Of a DNA stretch of 64,000 bases, positions 52,992 through 61,217 are shown piece after piece. The notes beneath the pieces were generated by a model. It was not told the DNA's origin, searched no databases, and worked only from the letters and a program-made list of their open reading frames with translations. This DNA comes from Bradymonadia bacterium (GTDB taxonomy: Bacteria; Myxococcota_A; Bradymonadia; UBA7976; UBA1532): assembly GCA_046290225.1 (NCBI GenBank), contig JBKAGE010000078.1, positions 477,049-541,048 of the forward strand, read 5' to 3'. A program made the position numbers and the translations under genes. Within the stretch, counting starts at the first letter, position 1; each line of letters begins with the position of its first letter.

Positions 52992-54401
52992 TCAGCGACG
53001 ACGCCGCCCGCGATCCTTCCGGCCGCGTCTGGGCCGATAGATCCGGCTGCCGCCTCCCTGCACCACACGCTGAGATGGGGGCTCGGGCCGAACGACCCGA
53101 CCCACCTGCACCTGACCCACAACTTCGGCCTCGCCCGGGGCCAGCCTCAGCACGTCGCCGTTGCGAATCTCCACCGCGGGGATCCCCTGCCCTTCGCAGA
53201 ATTCACGGTGGGCGGCGAGGTGCTTGGGGTACCCGTGGACCGGCACCACCAACTGGGGCTTCACCCAGTCGTACATCTGGGCCAGCTCCTCGCGGCACGG
53301 ATGCCCGGAGACGTGGATCTGGGCGTCGCGCTCGCAGAAGACGGTGACCCCACGCTTCTCGAGGGCTTGATGCAGCGCGGCGATGGGCACCTCGTTCCCG
53401 GGGATGATCTTGCTGCAGAAGATGGCGGTGTCGCCTTCTTCGAGGTGCACCAGCGGGTGGGCGTCCCGAGCGATGCGGGGCAACGCCGCGGCGGCCTCGC
53501 CCTGACTGCCCGTGCAGATGACCAGAGTCTTCTCCGAAGGCAGATAGTCGGCGTACTCCCCACGGACGAAGGGCAGATCCCTCGGCAGATAACCTGTGGT
53601 CTGAGCCGCCCTCACCATGCGCTCGATGCTCCGACCGAGAAGCACAGGGTGACGATCACTCTGCAACGCTGCCTCTATGAGGGTCTGCAGCCGGGCGATG
53701 TTGCTCGAGAAGCACGAGGCGATGATGCGGCCTGGGCGGTTCGCCGCGAGTTCGAGGATGGCCTCGCGGGTGGAGGCCTCCGAGCCGGAGTGCCCTTCGT
53801 GGGTGGCGTTGGTGGAGTCGGCGACGGCGGCGATGATCGAGTTGGCCTTGCCGAGGGCCCTGAACCGCTTCTCATGGGTGACCTGTCCCACGAGGGGCTC
53901 CGGATCGAGCTTCCAGTCACCAGTGTGCAGAATCGAGCCGAGGGGTGTGGTGATCACCACACTCTGGGACTCGGGGGTCGAGTGGGTGATGGGGATATAC
54001 TGGATGCCGAAGGGGCCCACCTTGAACCGGGCCCCTGGTGCGTGCTCCTCGATGAGCTCTGCCCGCCCATACTCCGAGAGCCGCCCCCGAATCACCTCGG
54101 CGGCAAAGGGCGTGGCGTGAATCGGACACTCGAGATGCCTCGCCAGAGCGCCCACGGCGCCGATGTGATCTTCGTGGGCGTGGGTGATCACCAGCCCGGC
54201 GAGTTTGATGCCCCGCTCGGTGATGAAGCTGATGTCGGGGATCAGCACCCGGGACTCTGGAGGCGCGTCGCCGTCGATCATCATGCCACAGTCCAACATC
54301 AACCACTGGCCGGCCCAGTGATAGAGGTTGAGGTTCATGCCGATCTCGCCGGTGCCCCCGAGGGGGAGGAAGTACAGCGTCTTGGGATCAAAGGCGTCCA
54401 G
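52992..54401 (-). CDS. rnj: Ribonuclease J (short C-terminus; probable CTG start)
   Basis: 'FLPLGGTGEIGMN', THAHEDHIG, HTGDWK, DSTN, GSQGE, HVSGH, PVHG. AGGAGG lies 5 nt before the CTG at 54401. Confidence 0.93.
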   Translation of the reverse strand: MDAFDPKTLYFLPLGGTGEIGMNLNLYHWAGQWLMLDCGMMIDGDAPPESRVLIPDISFITERGIKLAGLVITHAHEDHIGAVGALARHLECPIHATPFAAEVIRGRLSEYGRAELIEEHAPGARFKVGPFGIQYIPITHSTPESQSVVITTPLGSILHTGDWKLDPEPLVGQVTHEKRFRALGKANSIIAAVADSTNATHEGHSGSEASTREAILELAANRPGRIIASCFSSNIARLQTLIEAALQSDRHPVLLGRSIERMVRAAQTTGYLPRDLPFVRGEYADYLPSEKTLVICTGSQGEAAAALPRIARDAHPLVHLEEGDTAIFCSKIIPGNEVPIAALHQALEKRGVTVFCERDAQIHVSGHPCREELAQMYDWVKPQLVVPVHGYPKHLAAHREFCEGQGIPAVEIRNGDVLRLAPGEAEVVGQVQVGRVVRPEPPSQRVVQGGGSRIYRPRRGRKDRGRRRR

Positions 54402-54560
54402 AAATGCCTCCTGGGTTCGAGTCCGCGGAAGTATAGACGAAGTGTGGCCTGTATCGACGAAGGTTGGGCTCCGCCCATGTGCACCTCAAGCACCACGGCG
54501 TGGGCTCGGCTCTGATTCCGGGAGTGGTCCTGGGGGGTCCCCTCGCGGTATTCTGCACAG

Positions 54561-55964
54561 ATGCGATGCGTTCTCCTGTCTCTGACAGTGGGCCTCTTGG
54601 GACTCGGTTGTCAGTCTGCACCACAGCCTGCACCACAGACCGCGGCTCCGCTGGCGCCACCACAGATGGATCTCGATCTGCTGGTGGCGTGGCTCGACCA
54701 GTCTCCATTGCAGTACGACCTTCAGGAGCAACCGCGGGCAGTTGACGGCTTCGAGTCTTTTTTTCAGTCAGGCTTCTCACCGGTGCGGGTCCCCCTCGAT
54801 CGTCGGGCCCTTCAGCGCCGGCTCGCTCGACCTCGGGCTGGATCGGATCAACAGACAGCCCTCGAAGACTCGGTCCTCGTGGACACCCGCGGTGGGGAGG
54901 CCTGGGCCGCATATCTCGCCTTCCTCGCTCGGGAAGGCCGGGGCCTGCCTCCAGCGCCGCTGTTGCCACCCGGCACAGTGCAGCTCGGTGTTGATCGCGC
55001 AGAGATCAAATATCCACGTGGTCAGTCCATCTGGGCCTTCTATCTGGCCTGCAAAGCCGCCGCCCGCCTTGAGCCCGGGTTCCGACGGCTGCTCGGCGCC
55101 CCCGAAGCTGAGCCTTATCGCTGGACCCTCGCCGAGGAGCGGGGGTGTCTGTCCATCTTCGCGCAAGGGGCGAGGCGGGCAGCCTCTGAGGGTGTTCAGC
55201 CACGTGGCCTCGCAGCCCACGTCCTCGCCGCCGCCCGAGCGGGTGTTCTCGAAGGGTACGTCGTCGTCGAGGCCGTGGGGGTCATGGCCCCTGGGGTCCT
55301 GCCCACGCTGCCCCCTGGCGCCCGCCGAGCTGGCCGCGCCTACCTGCGGTGGGCCGCACGCCCCATCGCCCACCTGCCACCTCCAGCGCCCCCACTCGCC
55401 AAAGCGGCGCTCCCCCCCGAGCCACTGCCCGCACAGGAGCGGCTGCGCTTCGACGCCGCCGTCACCGCCCTCGATGCCGGCTCACTTCGGCGCGCCCAGG
55501 CGGTCCTGTCAGATCTCGCCCGGCGCCACGGCCGCAACGCCGAGGTGCTCCGAGCCCTCGCCGAGGCCCGTATGCGCAATGATGATCCTCGGGGTGCAGC
55601 AGAGGCAGCAGATCAGGCCGAGGCCATCGCTCCAGGGCATCTGGGTACGTGGGCCTTGCTCGCCCGAGCCCGGCTCGCCGCCGGCGATGAAGAGGGCGCC
55701 CGAGCCGCAGCAGATCGGCTGCGATGGCAGTGGTGGCTCGGCGGTGACCAGGCCATCATGCGGGCCCCCATCTTATTCTGGGGCGCCGCCGCTGGAGGCG
55801 CGGTCCTTGAGCGGCTCGATCGCATCGACGAGCTCACTCCGCGGTTCTGGTGGATTAAACCTCACGGCCCCGGAGGCCCTGCCCGCAAAGCCCTACAGGC
55901 CGAGAGCCCCGCGGAAGCGCTGAGCGAAGCCGCCCGCATCGGAGAGGCACCCCACCCACAGTGA
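54561..55964 (+). CDS. Hypothetical lipoprotein with TPR-like C-terminal region
   Basis: Lipobox LGLG-C and Ala-rich TPR-like helices ('NAEVLRALAEA', 'TWALLARARL'). Confidence 0.65.
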   Translation: MRCVLLSLTVGLLGLGCQSAPQPAPQTAAPLAPPQMDLDLLVAWLDQSPLQYDLQEQPRAVDGFESFFQSGFSPVRVPLDRRALQRRLARPRAGSDQQTALEDSVLVDTRGGEAWAAYLAFLAREGRGLPPAPLLPPGTVQLGVDRAEIKYPRGQSIWAFYLACKAAARLEPGFRRLLGAPEAEPYRWTLAEERGCLSIFAQGARRAASEGVQPRGLAAHVLAAARAGVLEGYVVVEAVGVMAPGVLPTLPPGARRAGRAYLRWAARPIAHLPPPAPPLAKAALPPEPLPAQERLRFDAAVTALDAGSLRRAQAVLSDLARRHGRNAEVLRALAEARMRNDDPRGAAEAADQAEAIAPGHLGTWALLARARLAAGDEEGARAAADRLRWQWWLGGDQAIMRAPILFWGAAAGGAVLERLDRIDELTPRFWWIKPHGPGGPARKALQAESPAEALSEAARIGEAPHPQ

Positions 55965-56006
55965 GGGATTGAACATCCCCGCCCCCTTGGGCCACAGTGA
56001 CGGCCC

Positions 56007-56723
56007 ATGATGACGCCTGCCCACCTACTCGCTGTCTCCGCATTGCTCCTCCCGCTCTCCGCAGGGGCGCAAGATCCCGACGACTTCGATCCGATCCTCG
56101 ATGGTCAGGAGAGCCCTTCTGGAGGCTCCGAGCCCATCACCCCCGAGGAGCCCTTCCCCCTCGGCTTCATGATCGGCGCCGGCGGCGGGCTCTACTTCGG
56201 ACGTGTGAAGAGCTACCTCGATCCCGACATCAGTCGCCTGGAAAGCGGTCTGCGTCCCGGCCTCAGCCTGGGGCTATCCGGGCGTACGCGGAGCGGGTGG
56301 GAGATCGGTCTCGAGATGATGGTGGGCTTCGGCCGCACCTTCGAGCCCGACGAGGGCGAGGTCGAGGCCTTTGATCTCATGGTGCAGCCCCGGGTGCTCT
56401 ATCACTTCGTCGAAGAAGAGAGCTACGGCTTCTACGGGGGCCTCGGTGGCACTTTCTGGGGGTTCGATCTCGGCGGCGAGGGCCTGAATCAGGGCGGCGC
56501 CGGGCCGGGTGCGGTGCTGGGCCTCGTCTTCGCCCGAGATCTGCACGGGCACCTCTACCTCGAGCTGGGCACCACCGCCCTCTACGACTTCCTCGCCTAC
56601 CGGTTCGAAGATCCCACAGCGGAGCAGCTGATCGAGGATCCCACCGCGGAGCCGGAGAAGATCGAGGGGGAATGGTTCATCTTGAGCCGGGTGATTCTGG
56701 GGTATCGTCTGACGAACTTCTGA
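56007..56723 (+). CDS. Putative outer-membrane beta-barrel protein
   Basis: Signal peptide, alternating Gly/aromatic beta-strands, terminal Phe. Confidence 0.7.
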   Translation: MMTPAHLLAVSALLLPLSAGAQDPDDFDPILDGQESPSGGSEPITPEEPFPLGFMIGAGGGLYFGRVKSYLDPDISRLESGLRPGLSLGLSGRTRSGWEIGLEMMVGFGRTFEPDEGEVEAFDLMVQPRVLYHFVEEESYGFYGGLGGTFWGFDLGGEGLNQGGAGPGAVLGLVFARDLHGHLYLELGTTALYDFLAYRFEDPTAEQLIEDPTAEPEKIEGEWFILSRVILGYRLTNF

Positions 56724-56994
56724 GGGCCCCCTGTTCGAGCTGACCGGACATCTGCTCCGCAGCTCTCAGGCGTTGTCTGACCCAGCTCCGATTTGGCCCT
56801 GGACCCAGCCTGCCAGGGCCCGCCCGACGGCCAAAGCACGCCCGCGGCTGACGCTGAGGCCCCCGCGTCGGCGGCCCGCGGTGCCAGTGGTCCCCTTCGA
56901 GCCCCAATGACCAGCCCGGCGATCCGCCCCAGCGCTCGGCGACGCTCGAGGCCCTCGGCGGCCCCTGCGCCCAGAATGGTGCGCACCACATCAT
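56677..56994 (-). CDS. Possible small hypothetical protein downstream of recombinase 2
   Basis: ATGA overlap with the recombinase stop; fills an otherwise empty gap of about 270 bp. Composition is weak evidence for coding. Confidence 0.3.
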   Translation of the reverse strand: MMWCAPFWAQGPPRASSVAERWGGSPGWSLGLEGDHWHRGPPTRGPQRQPRACFGRRAGPGRLGPGPNRSWVRQRLRAAEQMSGQLEQGALRSSSDDTPESPGSR

Positions 56995-57965
56995 GCTGCC
57001 TCCTCCCACGACTCGCCCTCGTATTGCTCGGCGAGCCTCAGATAGACCCGGGCGGCGTCGAGGCTCTCCAGGCCCAACAGCTCCGCCAAAGTGACAGGAT
57101 CCTTGAACTTGACCGCATACTGCACCGCGAAGATGTGCCGCAGCACCTGGGGGCTGGCGTCGACGCGGGCGAACTGACCGTGCTTGCGCACCACCCGCTG
57201 CACCGCGTTCGCCGTGAGCGGTCCTCTCTCCCCCACGAACACCGCCTGATGTTCATCTCTCGGCCCCGCGCTCAGAGGCATGGGTGAGGTGATCATCAGC
57301 CGGCTCGCCGGAGGCGAGGGCAGGTCCGGGTCGAGCACGTGGCCCGGGAACCCTCGCTCCATCAGGCTCCAGCCCAGCCGCCACGCCACGCGATCCGAGA
57401 TGGGGATCACACAGCGCCGCCCGGGGATGACGATGCGTCGCGCTGGCAGGTCGAGCTGACCCACGGTCATGCTCACCAGCTCCCCCACCTTCATCCCGGT
57501 GCCCAGCAGCGTGTAGATGACTGCTTGGTCCCGCAGACACCCGTGGGCGTCCACCTGCAGACAGAGCGCCCGGACCTCCGGCGGGCTCAGCAGCTTCGGT
57601 GACCGGTGGGTGGTGGGCAGCGCCTCGATGGTCTTCATGTCGTCACAGACCTCCCTGGCCAGCCACCCCTCCGCGGCGAGCCACTGTGCGTAAGTGCGGG
57701 CAAATGCGAGCCGCCGCGCCGCCGTGGCGCCGCTGCGGCCCTTCTTCAGGGCCCCGTCCCGCCAGGCCCTGATGTGAGCGGCGTTGAGCAGCCCCGCTTC
57801 GAAGGAGGCCTTCTCCACCCGACGAAACCAGCAGCTCAGATCGATCCAGTCAGAGGTGTAGGCCCGGATGGTGGCCGGACGGCGCCCCCGTGCGCTCAGC
57901 TCGTCGACGAACTGTGAAAAGCGCCGCCCCTCAGTCTCCGAGGCGAACGGGTTGTCGATGTCCAT
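56991..57965 (-). CDS. Xer-like tyrosine recombinase paralog 2 with degenerate active site
   Basis: SAM-like N-domain ('ATIRAYTSDW'), RDQA..TGMKVGEL, SPQVLRHIFA, LLGLES...VY; strong AGGAGAGGAG RBS. Confidence 0.88.
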   Translation of the reverse strand: MDIDNPFASETEGRRFSQFVDELSARGRRPATIRAYTSDWIDLSCWFRRVEKASFEAGLLNAAHIRAWRDGALKKGRSGATAARRLAFARTYAQWLAAEGWLAREVCDDMKTIEALPTTHRSPKLLSPPEVRALCLQVDAHGCLRDQAVIYTLLGTGMKVGELVSMTVGQLDLPARRIVIPGRRCVIPISDRVAWRLGWSLMERGFPGHVLDPDLPSPPASRLMITSPMPLSAGPRDEHQAVFVGERGPLTANAVQRVVRKHGQFARVDASPQVLRHIFAVQYAVKFKDPVTLAELLGLESLDAARVYLRLAEQYEGESWEEAA

Positions 57966-58001
57966 GATCTCTCCTCTCCTTCGACGGCCTCAGCCTGCAT
58001 G

Positions 58002-59411
58002 TCACTGCAGCAGCGACAGGGCTTGCTGTGGCGTCGAGTTCGCCTGGGCCAGAATGTTGTTTGCGGCCTGGGTCAGGATCTGGCTCCGGGAGAGCTGCAT
58101 CGACTCCTCGGCGAAGTCGGCGTCCTGGATCCTGCTCCGGGCGGCGCTGATGTTCTCGCTGGTGGACGACATGGCACGGATGCTGGCGTCCAACCGGTTC
58201 TGCAACGCGCCGAGGCGTCCTCGGCTGGCGTTGATCTCCTCGAGCACTCGATCGACGACGTCGAGGGCGGACTCCGCGCCGAAGCGTGTGAGCACGCTGA
58301 TGGTGTCGAGCCCCTGGGTGACCGTGCGGCCCACCCGGTGATCGTTGGTGAGCCCGATGAAGGTCTCGGCGTTCCCAGTGACCTGGAAGCCCTCCTCGCT
58401 GTCGAGGGTCAGCGTGCCCAGGCTCACATCTGAGGCGCCCAGGCCGGTGATGCCCGCGGCGCCGCCTGCGGTGACCACCTCGATGTTGCGCCCGTCGGAG
58501 GCGTCGAGCTGAATCCGACCGTCGGCATCTCGCGACGCCACCACCCCGGTGCGCTCCACCAGGCTGTTGATGGCGTTGATCAGCTCGTCGCCGGCATCAG
58601 AGGGGCTCACGCTGAACCCGGTGATCTCCTCGCCGTTGATGACGATGTAGTTCGTCTCGTCGAGCACACCACCAGCGGCGACGGCGTTCCCCTCTCTCGT
58701 AGTCTGGTTCACCACCGCCCTCACCCCCGTAAAGTTGGTGAAGTCGTTGATGGCCGCGGCCTTCGAGATGGCCGATCCGGTGGCAAACGAGGTGCTCACC
58801 CCATCGTCCACCGTTTGGGTGGCGCGGATGGTGACGCCATTGATGATGACGTCCCCAGCGGCGATGGCCTGGGTGGCCACCACGTTGCTCGTCTGCACCG
58901 CCCATCGCCCCAGAGAGTCCTGCCGAGCGTCACCGATGCCCACGGAGAATCGCTCACCGAACTCGCTGCCGATTTGCAGGTAGCGATCGATGAAGGTGCC
59001 GTCGAGCAGCGACAGGCCGTTGAAGGTGGTCCGGCGCCCGATGCTCCCGATCTCGTCGATGAGCTGGGTGATCTCGTCCTGAATCGAGGCGCGATCGGCA
59101 TCAGAGTTGATGTCGTTCGCCGCCTGAATCGACAGCTCTCGCACACGTTGTAAAAGATCCGAGGTCTCTTGCAGGGCAGACTCGGCTGTCTGTGCCAGGC
59201 CCACCCCATCGCTGGCGTTGCGCACCGCCCGGTTGAGCCCCCTGATTTGGGTGGTCATCCTGACGACGATGTTCAGGCCCGCGGGGTCGTCTTTGGCGCT
59301 GTTGATGCGCAGCCCGCTGGCCAGGCGCTCGAAGCTACGTTTGAGCACCTGATTCTTGCGCCCCAGTTGACCCATCGCCTGATGGGACGAGGCGTTGTGA
59401 TTGACGATCAT
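58002..59411 (-). CDS. fliC: Flagellin (paralog 3)
   Basis: 'ERLASGLRINSAKDDPAG', 'LQRVRELSIQAAN', 'RGRLGALQNRL', 'SRIQDADFAEES'. Confidence 0.95.
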   Translation of the reverse strand: MIVNHNASSHQAMGQLGRKNQVLKRSFERLASGLRINSAKDDPAGLNIVVRMTTQIRGLNRAVRNASDGVGLAQTAESALQETSDLLQRVRELSIQAANDINSDADRASIQDEITQLIDEIGSIGRRTTFNGLSLLDGTFIDRYLQIGSEFGERFSVGIGDARQDSLGRWAVQTSNVVATQAIAAGDVIINGVTIRATQTVDDGVSTSFATGSAISKAAAINDFTNFTGVRAVVNQTTREGNAVAAGGVLDETNYIVINGEEITGFSVSPSDAGDELINAINSLVERTGVVASRDADGRIQLDASDGRNIEVVTAGGAAGITGLGASDVSLGTLTLDSEEGFQVTGNAETFIGLTNDHRVGRTVTQGLDTISVLTRFGAESALDVVDRVLEEINASRGRLGALQNRLDASIRAMSSTSENISAARSRIQDADFAEESMQLSRSQILTQAANNILAQANSTPQQALSLLQ

Positions 59412-59426
59412 ACTCCCCTCCCATCA

Positions 59427-60857
59427 TTAGCCCTGAATCAGTGAGAGGGCCTGCTGGGAAGAGGAGTTGGCCTGAGCGAGGATCGAGGTGGCGGCCTGCT
59501 GCAGAATCTGGTTCCGAGAGAGCGAGGCCGACTCCACGGCGAAGTCAGCGTCGAGGATGCGGCTCCGGGCCTGAGTGGCCTGCTCCACCACGGTGGTCAG
59601 GTTGCTGATCGTGCTCTGCAGGCGGTTCTGCAGCGCGCCGAGCTGAGCGCGATCCTGGCTCACCTGCGACAGCGCCCGGTCGACGACGAGCAAGGCGAGG
59701 TTGGCGTTGTCTCGGCTCGTCAGGTCGATCTTGTCGAGCACCTGCGCGGTGTTCACACCGACCAATTGTGCGGGGTTGAAGCCGATGTAATCAGCGTTGA
59801 CACCGTCGATCTGGTACTGGTCGTCCGAGGTCAACGTCACTTGCGACAGCGTGACCGACTCGTTGTTCACGCCATCGGTGAGGCCCGTGAAGTCACCGGC
59901 GTTGCCCGTGGCGATGACCTCGATGTTGCGGCCGTCCTGAGCGCGCAGCTCGATTCGTCCCTGCTGATCTTTGATGGCCACGACGCCGGTGATGTCCGAC
60001 TCGGCGTTGATGGCCCTTACCAGTTGGTCGTCGGCGTCGTCCGGGGTCACTTCGAAGCCCAAGATCGTGCGGCCGTTGATGACGATGTTGTTGTTGGTGT
60101 CGAGCACCCCGCCCTGAATCGCCGCCACGCTCTCGCGCACCGTGGGGCTCACGTAGGCGGTGACCCCGTGGTAGTCGGTGCTGTCGTTGATGGCCGAGGC
60201 CTTGGCCACACCCGAAGCGGTGGGCAGCGAAGTCGACAAGCTGTCGTCCGCGGCGTTCGTGGCGCGAATGCTCACCCCGTTCAGGAGCACGTCGCCGTTG
60301 GCCAGGGCCTGGGTGCTCACCACGGCGCCGGTCTGCACAGCGACGCGGCCCAGGGTGCTGGCCCGGGCGTCTCGAATGCGCACCCGCAGGTTCTCTCGGA
60401 AGTTCATGCCGATGTGGAAGAACTGGTCGAGGAAGCTGCCGTCGAGGATCTTCTTCTGGTTGAAGGTGGTGCTCTCGCCGATGCGCTCCAGCTCGTCGAT
60501 GAGCTGGGTCACCTCGGAGTTCATGGCGGTGCGGTCCGACGTGGTGTTCACGTCAGAGGCCGCCTGCACCGCGAGCTCTCGAATGCGCTGGAGAATGTTG
60601 GTCGACTCTCTCAGCGCCCCTTCAGCGGTCTGGGAAAGGCTGATGGCGTCGTTTGCGTTGCGCATCGCCTGGCTCAAGCCTCTGATCTGGCTCGAGAATC
60701 GCTCGCCGATGGCCATCCCTGCGGCGTCGTCGGCGGCGCTGTTCACGCGCAGACCGCTCGACAAGCGCTGGAAGCTGGTCTGAAGGCGGCGGGTCGAGCC
60801 CACCATGTTGCTCTGGGCGTTGAGCGACGAGATATTGGTGTTGACGAACAGACCCAT
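59427..60857 (-). CDS. fliC: Flagellin (paralog 2, most canonical; probable major subunit)
   Basis: 'VNTNISSLNAQ', 'RLSSGLRVNSAADDAAG', 'LQRIRELAVQAA', 'RAQLGALQNRL', 'SRILDADFAVES'; GGAGG RBS. Confidence 0.97.
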   Translation of the reverse strand: MGLFVNTNISSLNAQSNMVGSTRRLQTSFQRLSSGLRVNSAADDAAGMAIGERFSSQIRGLSQAMRNANDAISLSQTAEGALRESTNILQRIRELAVQAASDVNTTSDRTAMNSEVTQLIDELERIGESTTFNQKKILDGSFLDQFFHIGMNFRENLRVRIRDARASTLGRVAVQTGAVVSTQALANGDVLLNGVSIRATNAADDSLSTSLPTASGVAKASAINDSTDYHGVTAYVSPTVRESVAAIQGGVLDTNNNIVINGRTILGFEVTPDDADDQLVRAINAESDITGVVAIKDQQGRIELRAQDGRNIEVIATGNAGDFTGLTDGVNNESVTLSQVTLTSDDQYQIDGVNADYIGFNPAQLVGVNTAQVLDKIDLTSRDNANLALLVVDRALSQVSQDRAQLGALQNRLQSTISNLTTVVEQATQARSRILDADFAVESASLSRNQILQQAATSILAQANSSSQQALSLIQG

Positions 60858-60864
60858 GGTGGTG

Positions 60865-60933
60865 TCCTCCGTGATCTTGTGTTCACCGCATCCATGCGGT
60901 GAGGTCTGTTGAGCCACGCCTCATCCCGGCGTG
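60865..60933 (-). promoter_or_regulatory. Candidate CsrA/RsmA binding sites in the flagellin 2 leader
   Basis: Hairpin TCACCGCA-TGGA-TGCGGTGA (60883-60902), hairpin CACGCC-GGGATGA-GGCGTG (60915-60933), and ACGGAGG overlapping the SD. Confidence 0.65.
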
Positions 60934-60974
60934 CGCAGTTCGGAACTTCTGAAACTCTCATGCAGCGCCGGAGC

Positions 60975-61205
60975 TCAGGGTCGTGGGCCCCGGCGCTGGT
61001 TCACGTGCTGTGTCTCGGTGCGTCCCTGGCCGGGCCGTCGTGGGCCGCGTCGGGACCAGCCCCGAGTCGGTGGGGCATGCATCAGGTCCTGGATGAGTCC
61101 TTCGAGGTCTCTCACCAGGTCCCTCACTTGCCCCACCAGCCCGGAGAAGGGCCCGGGGGCCATCGGCTCGCGCTCAGGGCCACCCCGCTGTTGGGTGTGG
61201 TCCAT
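60975..61205 (-). CDS. Small hypothetical protein (76 aa) downstream of recombinase 1
   Basis: ATG follows the recombinase stop after a 12-nt gap with a G-rich RBS; one amphipathic helix 'LVGQVRDLVRDLEGLIQDLM'. Confidence 0.5.
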   Translation of the reverse strand: MDHTQQRGGPEREPMAPGPFSGLVGQVRDLVRDLEGLIQDLMHAPPTRGWSRRGPRRPGQGRTETQHVNQRRGPRP

Positions 61206-61217
61206 GGCGCGCCCCCC

